From Phoronis australis (taxonomy: Eukaryota; Animalia; Phoronida): 64,000 bases of DNA. The DNA lies in the NCBI GenBank assembly GCA_002633005.1, contig NMRA01000067.1, forward strand, positions 991,747 through 1,055,746, in the 5' to 3' direction. The position numbers were made by a program, and so were the translations under genes. The notes beneath the pieces were generated by a model. The model was not told the DNA's origin. It saw only the letters and a program-made list of their open reading frames with translations, and did no database searches. Positions 52,549-63,769 of this stretch are shown piece after piece; position 1 is the stretch's first letter, and every line of letters begins with the position of its first letter.

Positions 52549-53178
52549 CTATACGGTTGTCTTCGAGACTTGTCGGGAACCTTTATTCCTCCAGTACATC
52601 CGGTTTCGAGGCTTGTTAGCTGTGACTGGAACATGTGTATCAGCTGAAAATGGTCCGGTATCTTCAATTTTCGATTCTACATGGTTTGTAATGTCGGTCT
52701 TGTGGAGCACTATATTCCTCAAGCAAGATTTCAGTTTCCTTAAATCTTCAAGCGCTTTTTTAAATTCGTTTCTGTACACATGTTTGTTTTTCATTATTCG
52801 ATCGTATTTAAGTTTCTGTGCTTCAATTTCATATGCAGTGGGGATGTGATTTTCAGCTGCCATTTTCAATTTTTCGATGCTTACCAGAAACGCCTTCGCT
52901 ACTTCGTCTACATCCCATCTGTCACATGTTTCCGGTTCATCCATTTTAGACACAAACAGCTCTTCCCGGGGTTCTCTTAAAAATTCAAGCACCGTGAGGA
53001 GAAAAATTATTGGAAGAATTACGACTTCGAAAAATGTTTTAAGCGCTTTTTCTTGAATCTTCCCAAAATGATTCTGGTCAGAGTGAGTAGAATATTCAAC
53101 AGCGCGTTGCTCGTTACCGGATTTTGCCTGCGCTAACAGCAACCCCACCAAACACGTTGCAAAGAGGGCCTGTGACAT
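52549..53178 (-). CDS. Intronless orphan ORF, 209 aa: signal peptide, hydrophobic segment, coiled-coil-like region
   Basis: Longest ORF in the window; true ATG; MSQALFATCLVGLLLAQA, FFEVVILPIIFLLTVLEFL, K/E-rich helical part; no family recognised. Confidence 0.55.
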   Translation of the reverse strand: MSQALFATCLVGLLLAQAKSGNEQRAVEYSTHSDQNHFGKIQEKALKTFFEVVILPIIFLLTVLEFLREPREELFVSKMDEPETCDRWDVDEVAKAFLVSIEKLKMAAENHIPTAYEIEAQKLKYDRIMKNKHVYRNEFKKALEDLRKLKSCLRNIVLHKTDITNHVESKIEDTGPFSADTHVPVTANKPRNRMYWRNKGSRQVSKTTV

Positions 53179-54831
53179 TCTCCTTTCTCTCTTTCTTTCT
53201 TTCTTTCTTTCTTTTATCCTTTTGTTTAATTCTTATCTCAAAAAATTCAAGTTTGCGATTTCGTTTTTACGAGAGCATTAGCAGCATCGTCTCGTTCTAT
53301 GCAAAAGTAGCGTGAAGTTTACCTCCAAAATACATCCGGGTAGTTGCAGCACTTTAAAGCTATCTAGATGTTTAATGACGAATATGATACTAAAATGATG
53401 CAATTTGGACCCTAAAAAGGGTTACTTAGGCATGCACAGTCACATCACATTTTCAAAAAAATTGCAAGTCTGGACTTTTTTGGATTCAAGTAACCACGGG
53501 GCAATTAAGCACTTGAACTTTTTTATATGTTTTCATTAATAGGTGTGTTCCGACGGATGCACCTGAATGCTGCAGGGAGTTGAGAAGGATTAAGATTGGC
53601 CAGATCCTTAGCCAAGGAATAATTTTGGAAGATTTTAGTAATTTACAACTTTACGTAAATCTGGCCCAATTATTGTTATTGCTTTTAATTTCGGCATTTT
53701 AATTGACTGGGTTCAGGACGTCAAAATAATGTGATACTTAACAATCGAATTGTCGTTAGCATATCACAGCTCAAAATTTAAAATAATGCAGTTTTGGGCA
53801 TATTTTCAGTGGCTTTAAACTTCGTTGAAATAAGATTATTTTATTTTCAAAAAGAGTTTTGTGACGCCTGAGACGAAATCTCTTGACTTAATTTTCATTT
53901 CTCGTCCGTCCTCCGTATTTTTGGGTCTGCTCTTCCCACCGGGAAGGGCGACCTTTCCAACCGGTCGGCGGCCCGAGCTTCACGTTCTTAAGTCTGCGAC
54001 TATAGTGATAGAAAATAAAACAGATCCTGACAACGAGAGCAGACCAAACGCTTAGTCAGTGTCACTTGGACTCATGGTTATAACTTAGTTCGATGTTTAC
54101 TGAATGTTTTCGACAATGTAACAACCCTAATCAATGGCCAACAAGTCACTTAAAATAACAATAAAAATACATGTCACGACTATAAAATAACAATGAACAG
54201 ACTGCATAAAAACATTGATAAGTTAATAAGTATGCTATACCAAAAAGCAATTGTTCCGGGGGGTACTATTCCAGGCCATCTGAAAAAATCCTTGTCTTCC
54301 ATGCTTCTTTCAAATTCAAGAAAAGTGCTCTTTAAACCTAGTGATGCAGACTTAGAAACATTCTTTAATTAAAAATACCGACGGCAATCGTTTTTAGGAA
54401 AAAAGTTCCCTGTTTAAAAAAAGTTCCCTGTTGAGGCCATTTAAAAGGACACCAAATCCTGTTTTGATAATTTCAACAAATCTTCGTCACAACGGTTAGT
54501 CTCCCGCTAATGCATCACTGGCGTCAATCTTGAAAGATAAAAGGAGGAATCGACTAAAAATTGATACCCCTATTTCATTATGGTCCTTGGTGGGTGATCT
54601 TTTCCTTGTAGTTGCCATGTAATTCGTTAAAAGCTCAACTCGCGCTTGCCCTTTTAGCACACTTCGAAAGGAGTTTTCAATTTTCCTACCAACGTTTGAG
54701 GATTGTTGGGGGTTAAACAGCATTAGTTTGCTTCAGAGAACTGGACGGGAAAGTCGTTTTTAGTATCTGTTAATTGGCAATAATCGGGTTTGGTATAAAT
54801 GATTCGTAATGTACTTTTCGCCAGGAATGCA

Positions 54832-54907
54832 ATGACTACTAGGTGAACATGGCTACTAGGTGAACATGGCTACTAGGTGAACATGATTACTAGGTGAAGA
54901 TGACTAC
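54832..54907. repeat. Tandem repeat, 17-bp unit (catggctactaggtgaa), about 4.5 copies
   Basis: Read directly. Confidence 0.92.
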
Positions 54908-54984
54908 AAATTGTTAGAATTTTTGGGAAATTGTTCAAGTTGATAACACCTGTCATTATGTCTACGTGATTTTTTCTCTTTAAG

Positions 54985-55137
54985 AATACAACAATTACAG
55001 TTGTGGGGCGGTCTCGCTGCTATTGTGCTGTGCATGATAATCGCTTACGCGTGCTATCGAAGCGACCCCTATATTTGTGAAGGCAAACCTCTGACAGAGA
55101 GATGTTGCGGTTGTTGTCACTGTTCCGATGAAACACA
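54985..55137 (+). CDS. Shisa-like gene exon 3 (transmembrane helix and Cys cluster)
   Basis: IQQLQLWGGLAAIVLCMIIAYACYRSDPYICEGKPLTERCCGCCHCSDET; phase 2 to 2; gtaagt donor. Confidence 0.86.
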
Positions 55138-55665
55138 GTAAGTGGTAATGTCTGCGCATTCTCAGTGTTACAGATTCTCAGTGTATGGTCCGCAGACCTT
55201 TGTTAACCTTTTCTCTTTAATTTGTGTAAGCCTGATATCTGTTCTGTTCTGTTTGATTTGTACCCCAGGAAACAAATATAAACTTTCTATTTTCACTGAA
55301 AGCGAATTAATTTATTGTGAGGGGTTTCAACTACGAAATGTTTAACCTTTGAACTGAATTAAATGTCTGAATGCTTGAAGTCAAAATAACTCCCGAAATC
55401 TATTATAATTTTTCTGTATTCAACACTATAAAATATGTTATGAATATTTGTATGCTATTCTGGAGAATTACCTAAGGGACATTTTACATATTATATTCTC
55501 TCTACTCAAGCATATAGTCGATAAAATTAATTTGTTAGTAGTGCATAGCGGATCAATTTCATTTCGTTCAGTGGGTGATACCATCTCTTGCTTTCCTAAA
55601 TTTTAAAGTTTGCACCATGTTTTTGCCGTAAAAGTGTTAGCGTGTGTTATTTTCATTGTTTATAG

Positions 55666-55927
55666 ACCGTTAATGGAAGAAGAACTGAAAATATCTAACC
55701 TTTCGGAGCTGAAGAGCGGCAGTGCAAGAACTCGTTACACGTACTCTCCGGCAGTGAACATTCAAGTAAGCAAACTTCGAGATAAAGGCAGTTGCAAGCC
55801 GCTTACACCAAAGGACTCTGACACGGCAGTAAACGAGAAGTGTTTGGATAAGAAGAGTGAGGACAACCTGAAATGTCCAGTTTGCCATGGACCTAACATG
55901 TGTGACCACTGCACTACTTCACTCTGA
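55666..55927 (+). CDS. Shisa-like gene exon 4 (cytoplasmic tail, stop)
   Basis: ttatag acceptor; PLMEEELKISN...NLKCPVCHGPNMCDHCTTSL-TGA. Confidence 0.82.
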
Positions 55928-56012
55928 CCTGCGCCGGCATTTAGTTGCCTCTGCCCAGTAACACTGACTTAACCCTGTCCTGCGGCCGGATGTGACACCA
56001 CGTGCAGTCCAG

Positions 56013-56162
56013 GCGTGAGTTCAGTAGACGCTAGGACCTACGCTAGGACCTAGCTAAAACCTAGTCAAAGTCACGTGTTGTCATTTAAAATGCACGGCAA
56101 TATCTCACGTAATCTCGCGAAGTCTTGCTTTTAGCGAGGTCCTAGCGTTACTGAACGGGAGG
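56013..56162 (-). mobile_element. About 150-bp CWG-target MITE, copy 2 (inverted relative to copy 1)
   Basis: Near reverse complement of 42967-43117; flanked CAG...CTG. Confidence 0.85.
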
Positions 56163-57750
56163 CTGGATTATCCGGCCAAGCTAAGCTGCTGTTCAATCAG
56201 AAGCCGCTCATAAGTCACAGTGGCTCCGTCGGCTCCTTGTAAATCTCGAGGGTGAGAAATTGTGAATGTGGCGACTGGGGCCATCGAGCATTGAGTACGA
56301 CTGGGGAAGGGAGAGGGGTGCGTGAAAATACTTGACTACTACCGGGACCGAGAGGTAAAGTGACAGGGTCCCAGCCAGAATTCTACAAGATTAGGACTCA
56401 CAGAAACCTTCATTCGTCAATGAAGGTGCGCATTTTTATCGTGGATATCTTTAAAGTGCTTAAACTCACCAGTTTCATATCGAAAATAACAAAAACAACC
56501 CCACCAGACGACCAGCTGTCAATTGGCCTATCGAAAGTTCCGAACCCCTTGCGAAAAGTCGCGTGACACACGACAAAAATAAAACAAAAAGTTTTATCCT
56601 CCAACATACGTTGTGTTTTTTCAGGTAAATGATAGCAGCTGGGAAACGAAGGGCTGTCTAGAATGCTGCGTTTTGATTGGTCAGTTAAGCCGTCACTCAA
56701 AATTCTGGCGATATGTCAATTATTAGAACACCCGCAAACACTGTCTGTCGATACGTTTATTAGCTGATCTCTAGTTAGGTGAATTTAATGGTCGATACAA
56801 ACAACCTGGGCAACCAATCACAGAGCTTGTTATTTTCTATTGTGTTTAGTGTGAAAAGTGGTCAGACATGGCTGCTCGTTTTCCTGTGGCCGGATTATGA
56901 TGATATAAAAATTAAATGCGAAGGCAACCTTTTTTCATATCATTTGTAGCAAAAATAAGGTTCGTTGATTACCCCAGACATATTTTTCACTTATTTACTG
57001 CTTTTCGTAATTTTATTAATTACTTGTCGTCTACTCCGGAAGTGACGTTTTGAGAGGCAAGAATTACGCGCCAGTATCTTTTCATATATAGTCTGACTGT
57101 TAGAGCAGTCGAGTCAGTCATTGTTCTACCTCGGTTGTGATAAGTTCGGTCGTCGTTTGCTTTTGCTTGCGAGTCAGTCAACATGCCACGCTGTTGCTGC
57201 GTACTGGGGTGTACTCATTATCGTCTCACGTACAGAGGAAGAACTGTCCCATTTGTCCGAGTGTCCCGCGACACACTCCCACTGGAGGGTGATCTGAGCA
57301 CCCAAACTGCTTACATCCCGCCGTGTGACTCCCTCGCCACACACCTGGCACCGTCCAAATAGCTCCAATACAAGTCCACAATAAACTTATCAAACTTAGG
57401 CTAACCGATCTGTTCACTGGATGACGATCTGTCCTCTTCACTGGGTGTCGAACTGGGCCTGTATTCACTCCCACTACTCAACATCGCTGCAGGCACAAGG
57501 CGAATCACTGCTAGTTCCCGGCATTGCACGCAATGGGGTACGTTCGGAGGCATGGGTGACAGTAGATGATGTGCCTCCAGTCACTGTATTCACCTATTTC
57601 ACGAAAGCGCCATCTTCCCGCGCCATCTTTAAATACTGATCGAAAACGAGGCACACTGATAAAACCTCGTGAGTGATCATCAGCTGGCCATGGTGTACTG
57701 TGCAGTGCCTGAACGTACCAATTCCAGTAATAACTCGTCGGTATCCTTCC

Positions 57751-59511
57751 CAGGGATATACTTAGCCACTCGCCCAGTCGCCAATGCGAGTAAAAATGGT
57801 GCTGGGCGAGTAGAAGTTGACTGGCCGGTTGCCCGGTGGCGATTGAATTTCAGAGCGCAAAAGCACTATATATCGTTTTCCAGATGAATATGAATAATTT
57901 TCCTCCTCCTTGTGCTGTTTTTATCATGAATTTAAGGTTCGGTTTGGTCATCGTGTCGATGCTCCGGCAGTAAAAAACATCGGCGCAGTGCGACCCTACC
58001 GATTCAGTACACGTCACCCGTTACGCGATTCCTCAAAAAAAACACAGTGTGCGGTCGTGCACAAAGAATTTGTGGACTAGTCCGAAACGAAGAAAAGGGG
58101 AGAAAGGTGGATGACCGGTCCATGTGCTCATAGCAAATGAAATACCATATTTCTTGGAACTGATTTCTTATTGTAATGTACAATGTCATTTTAGCCAAAA
58201 TTATTTTTATAACATTCGTCCTAGTAAGCGCCCATGTCCCTATAAGCGTCCCCACTCGTTTTCAGACTTCGCTAAAATAAGCGCCCAGTCCATGAATGTG
58301 TACATATTTGTGCGAAAAATGTCTTACCTCACAGTTCTAAAATTCTACAGTAAATGTATTCAACTTATCAATAATATCCGACAGTTCTGAAAAATCATTG
58401 TGCGCGTAATTTCTAGTAGACTACGAGCCTCGCCACTATGTCGGTATTTAGCCGTGGCTGTACACTTCAAACCGTTCCGCAGTGCTTCAAAAAGAACGCC
58501 AAAGTTTTGCTGATCTTGCGAGGAAAGTGTCACACTACATGGTCTGGCCCTGATCAGAACAGACGTAGCGTACTGGTCAACGGGATTGGTATTGTATCTT
58601 TCCCGTACAGATCTTCTCCCACAACAGGAATCCAGATTGCTTTGTACACGAAAAATTATAAAAACCGCGAATCGAAACTTGGCCAAGAAGCGCGCGCTAG
58701 GGCCCACATATAACATGTTGGCCTGCTCAATGACATAAATATAACTACATATACAGCTCATTGGGCCTGCTACTCTGGCAAGTGAACACTGATGACACGC
58801 ACGCGCTCGCTCACTCGGTGCACACCAGTTGACTCACTTCAATAGAAACGTCACGTGACAACAACTTATGTGTTCATCCTGAATTTTCTCGTTGCGGGGT
58901 GCGATTTAGCGCAGATTTTGACTTAATCTGCGGTTAATCCCGACTCCGAGTCCACAGGAACTTAAGAATCTTAGGAAAGGCTATTTGGGAGGATTTCAGG
59001 TAAGTTGAGTCGAAACTATTTTTACTCAAGAATTCAAGTTGTCCTATCGACGATCGCGAAGCAGCGACGCATCAGTCGGCAAGTTTTCGCCCTGGGATTT
59101 CAGCACATTTTTTTTAAAAAGATCGTAATTTAACAACAGCTGTTTGATAGTAATGCACCACAGTTTTGTAGCTAGTCTGTCATACATGTAGGTTACACAT
59201 ACGTCACAGCGCGTAAATTTGATGAATCCTAGCTTCCGATTTCACCCGTTTCGGAGACCAGGTTTTAACCGCCGTAGGCTACAAAAAGAGTCCCCCTGGG
59301 CGCTTATTAGAGCGAATACGGTAGCCCTAATAGATGATGACATCAGTGCACGAAACGATGATTTTTATTTAAATTAGCAGCAAGTTTGTGGTGACTGGCG
59401 CCAACGGCCGGGTGACTGAACTTCGGGCTGGGCGAGTAGATTTTCTGGCTCCGGCACTCGCCCAGCTGGCGAGCAGGGTTTTTCAAGACTAAAAGCCTGG
59501 GTATATCCCTG
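57751..59511. mobile_element. hAT-like non-autonomous element nested in the ISL2EU-like element
   Basis: Termini CAGGGATATAC / GTATATCCCTG; ctcgcccag subterminal motifs at both ends; flanks atccttcc / atttcc (eroded 8-bp TSD); splits the THAP reading SVSF|HTFPKE. Confidence 0.78.
58214..59321. mobile_element. Tc1/mariner-like (CCGTA-ended) non-autonomous element, innermost in the nest
   Basis: Right end tgggcgcttattagagcgaatacgg|TA; left end attcgtcctagtaagcgccca is its inverted match but lacks the outermost bases. Confidence 0.6.
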
Positions 59512-62117
59512 ATTTCCACACTTTTCCAAAAGAGGTAAAACTACTAAGGAATGGCTGAGGAGGGTAGAAGTCTAGTTGCCGTAAGTATTGGTATGTTTTT
59601 TGGAGATGTTGAACATCAGACAACTTGATTTTTGGTAATGTTGATAAGTCTTTTGACCACACCACCTTGCAGGACGATGCCATGTTTGTCAAGGCGCCTC
59701 GTTTTCGATCAACACGACAGCAGCGCCCCGCGTTCGTGAAATAGGTGAATATAGTGGCCACAGCTCACGAGGCTTCTCGCTTCAAAAACGCACTTCTCGA
59801 GGTTGGCGACAGGGCACTGCCGGGAATCAACAGCGACAATATGGTACCCTTCTTCAGTCGTTGTTTCGCAGGGACCTTCATCAATTCAACGTACATATCT
59901 GTCATAATCTGCCGGCAGAAAATGCTTGCCACACACTCGGTAACCCTCCACTGCTTTGTACGTTGCGTGGGGGGTAGCACTGCGTTCTTCACATGAACGA
60001 GCTAGCCAAGTACGGCGAAGTGTGTCATCCTTCGGAAAGCGACGCAAGGTACACAAAGCGCGTGTGAGACGATAATGAGTACATCCCGGCACGCAGCAAC
60101 AGCGTGGCATGTTGACTGACTTGTAAACAAAAGCAAACGGCGACCGAACTTATCACAACCGAGGTAGAACAATGACTGACTCGACAGCTCTTACAGTCAG
60201 ACTATAATGAAAAGAAATTGGCGCGATACTATTGCCTCCCAAAACGTCACTTCCGGAGTAGAGGACGAGAAATTAATCAAATTACGAAAAGCTGTAATTA
60301 AGTGAAAAATGCGTCTGGGATAATCAACGAACCTTATTTTTGCTAAAAGTGACATGAAAAAAGGTTGCCTTCGTCTTTAAGCCGGGAAATGTCGAGGCGT
60401 TGCGTTTTTTTGTGGTTGTGACTACTTAGTACTTGATCACGCTGTGCCCTTTACTTTCCCGAGGAGACTGTACAAGAAACGCGTTGGTGGACATGACACA
60501 CTGGTGTTGGGTACGTTCATACGTCACACTCATATCCGTGGAGCTAAAAAACTATCACCTGACGTCGTCTTTCTCCTGTTTTCTTGTTTTTGGGATTTTG
60601 CATTCAGGATTGTGATGTAGGCCTACAGTGCTAAAGGAAGGTTTAACGATGGTGCCGAAACAAGGTCATGGCGGTTTTAAAGCACTTAAGTTTCGGGACT
60701 TTATACTTTGTCTAAAGCTGGAAAGAGACAAGTCACGGTGTTTACAAACCTTACTACTGCTTTCCGGAACATAGCAGCACGTGGATTCACAGAGCATAAA
60801 AGTCTGCTATCTCCTGTCAGAACGCGTAATATGTTTTGCGAGACAGTGCATGACGATTAATACAAGACGTGGCACTTTGCGCCAGACGAACAAAACTTCC
60901 GGTTTTATGAAACTCTGGTTCGCGATTGTTATTTGACAGTTGTATTCCCTACAGTTGTATGCCGCTTTAAATTGATTTCATAGATTCTTTAGTGGAATAC
61001 GTTTTTGAGGTGCGACTTAACAATAATTCCATTCATACAAAATCAAGTTCGTAAAGACTTCAATTAATATGTTTAACAGAGCTTTGGTTGTAAAAAAATA
61101 TTAATTTATAGGAAATTACCATTTATTTAACCAATTTCATTTGCTGTGAATGAAGTCAAAGCTTCCCATATAATAGCAGTTTGAGTCTTCTCATTTAATG
61201 AGAATAAGTGCATGAACATGACCGAGCTGCGGGGACTATACCCATATACTAAGCCATACTGAGGTGTATAAAAGCGTGTCGCTTGGCTTTTCACGTCCAG
61301 ATTCCCTGCGAAATGGCTCACTGTTTGGATTAAAACCTTGAACAAATGGCATTGTTTTAGAGCATAACTTTACAGAGGGGGTTTCACGTTTTGATTAGCT
61401 ATTTTTACGACCAGTTACAAGCCGTTAGTTCATACTGAGCTACAATAGGGCCACTGTTCCCGTCCCCTTAATCCCCTGTCTCTCTAATGGGGTGGCACCT
61501 CCCGTTAATATATAGTTTTGTTGCTCCCGCGGAAAAAAAACTCCCGTACATTAGCTTTCACCAGTGTTAAAGCAACATTCCAAACCTTTGCCGTTTCTGT
61601 CAAAAACAAGTTTCAATTTGAGACAGTTGCCGTTGTAAAAATGGTCACGTTAGGTTATGTTTTCATTTTAAAAGAAATACATTTCTTCCTTTTTTCCATT
61701 ACAAAAGAAAGAAAAAAGAATAATATGTTCGCTAAAGTGTCACCTCGAACAGTTGATATGATTCAACTTTGCAGTCGCCAATTACTTACCATGATGGCAG
61801 ACGCATCACAGCATTACTCAGGGACCTGAGGAACCCCTGTCTAATTTTAGGTAAAACTTTTAACATCAGCCGTAGTTCCTGCACTTTCAGACTGCATGGG
61901 CGGCGCACCATAGGGGTCTGCGTGGGGGGCTATAGTCCCCCACTTTTTTCAGTGTTGCGCCGCCCATGAGATGGATGAAGACTCACAGAGAAAGAGCCAT
62001 TGGGATAGACACGGAGAACGAAGCAATTTATTCAAGCAGAAATACAAAAATCAATATACAATATGAGTGGCTTAATTCCGTTGATCTAAATTTCGGGTAC
62101 TAAGCGAGAGTCCTATG

Positions 62118-62940
62118 CCCAGTTGCATGAAATAATCCTAAATAGAGATTCAACTAAATTCCCTAAATATTTTGCATATTTGTGTCATTCTTTACTCACA
62201 GATCTAAACTTTTCCTGTCATTTTATTTTAATTATGAGCTCCTCTTTCACTACCGACATTTTCTAAAAAATATTAACTAAATACTGAGCCTTGAGTTCAA
62301 TGAAAATTAAGAGTCCTTTTAAAACTAGAGGGTGTTGCATGAAAAAATTACAACTTATTTTCAGTAATATTGAGAATTCAAGACAGAACTCATTCTCGAT
62401 TTGTTTCAAAGCATGCGCGCACCCAGCCGAAAAAATGGGGGGCTCGAATTTTTGAGAATGTGGACATTTTACTACAAACAACGGGGTAAGTTCAGAGCTA
62501 CGAATTGTGCATTCGCCGAATTTTGGTAGGTCCTGCCTTTTTAGTGAACTTTTGTCTCGTATTCTGCTTTTTCGGACTTTTTGTTTCTCTGAGGCGGACA
62601 TTTTTACTCACTTCGCCAAGTGGGGGTACTCTTTCGAGCCCTCCTCCTTGGGTGCTCACATGGAAAGAGAATTAGTAATTACAATTAAAACAGCATAAGA
62701 AAGGACAACCAGCGTTGTCAAACCTCCACAAATACGCAGGAGATTTAGGTACCTTAGTTTAGTCCCTGTTTGGAACACAACTGCTTTATTTTATTTCTCA
62801 ACCAGAGATGCGTTGCTTAAAACTTCAACATTATCCGCTGGATAAGTTTGATTGTTGCTTGACGTCAGATGCATTGTTCAACAATAACAACGTGACGCCT
62901 GACGTCATTGTCGTTGCTATACACTTTTATGCAACTGGGC
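62118..62940. mobile_element. Harbinger-like MITE containing a nested CATG-ended element
   Basis: Ends gcccagttgcatgaaa / ttttatgcaactgggc. Confidence 0.65.
62412..62662. mobile_element. CATG-ended hAT-like MITE; relatives near 32313-32460 (inverted) and 40571-40625
   Basis: Ends catgcgcgcaccca / tgggtgctcacatg; the core tttttgtttctctgaggcggac is reverse-complemented at about 32337-32358. Confidence 0.7.
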
Positions 62941-63769
62941 CCAGAGAACTGCCATTTCCCAGCCGGTCACAACCAACGTAAAATACCATGATAATATGTC
63001 TAACAATAGCTAATATATAAAGCCCACGTGACCATATAGTGACTCATAAACACATAGGCCTACAAGATAAATTGGACGTGTTTACCACACGATTTTTAAA
63101 TATACCGCGACATATATGGAGACATTTACTGTTAAAATAGGTGCATCTGAACTTGAAAGTTGGTTCGTGAGAACGCACCTGGCCAACTGGGGATATCAGA
63201 GAACCTGAGTTAGTCTACAGAAATTGCCTACAGCGTGGCGTTTTCGTAATAATCTAATGGATACCAGGAATCGTAACCGCGACATTTCAACGACATACAC
63301 GTCTGGAATAATTGATCGTACCCACCGAACACCGCAAACTAGTGAAATTATTGAACATGTAGGAGGAATGCCAAGAACGGAAACTCTCGTAGAAACGTTT
63401 CTACCGTTCTGGTTTAGATTATAATGCGAATCTAGTGTTCGATCTAATCATGCAGAGACTAATACAGCACGCTCGGTTGGTGTTGATAAATATTTGAAGA
63501 GACCACATGAATGATAGCTAATTCTAACTTGACATAAATGATAAATGAAGTGTACCAAGTGTCATTTGCGTCATCTCTACGACAATTAGTACCGGTATTT
63601 AGTGCCTATATTCGTTACTTCAAAAAGCATTTGCTCGTACTTTTGCACATGCCTTGAAGGCGCATGCGCATCCTGTGTCTCTCGATCGTACAGATGGATT
63701 TCTTGTGTTCCATACTACGTACAATAAACACAACTTGGCACCACAATAACAGCTTTTGCTCGAGACCAG

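Larger units (their letters stand above)
41771..55927 (+). other. Gene model: Shisa-like/STMC6-type single-pass membrane protein, 4 exons, 645 nt, 214 aa
   Basis: Signal-peptide exon, C*C*CC*CC exon, TM + Cys-cluster exon and terminal exon join in phases 1, 2, 2; all three donors are GTAAGT. Confidence 0.82.
57590..59748 (+). mobile_element. ISL2EU-like (PHIS group) internally deleted element nested in copy B
   Basis: TIR TCACCTATTTCACGAA / TTCGTGAAATAGGTGA; AT on both sides; empty site visible in copy A; retains a THAP start on + and a convergent WSKDLSTLPKIKLSDV ORF start on -. Confidence 0.8.
56916..60376 (-). mobile_element. Kolobok-type element, copy B (inverted), interrupted by a 2.16-kb nested insertion
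   Basis: TTAA at 56912-56915 and 60377-60380; 56916-57589 plus 59751-60376 is the reverse complement of copy A; THAP ORF 59886-60110 on the minus strand. Confidence 0.92.

Noticed and set aside
60400-63760. Scattered minus-strand exon-like segments (near 60500, 60800, 61200, 61800, 63650)
   Set aside because: Could not be joined into a stop-free, phase-consistent protein; a gene or lncRNA here is not excluded.
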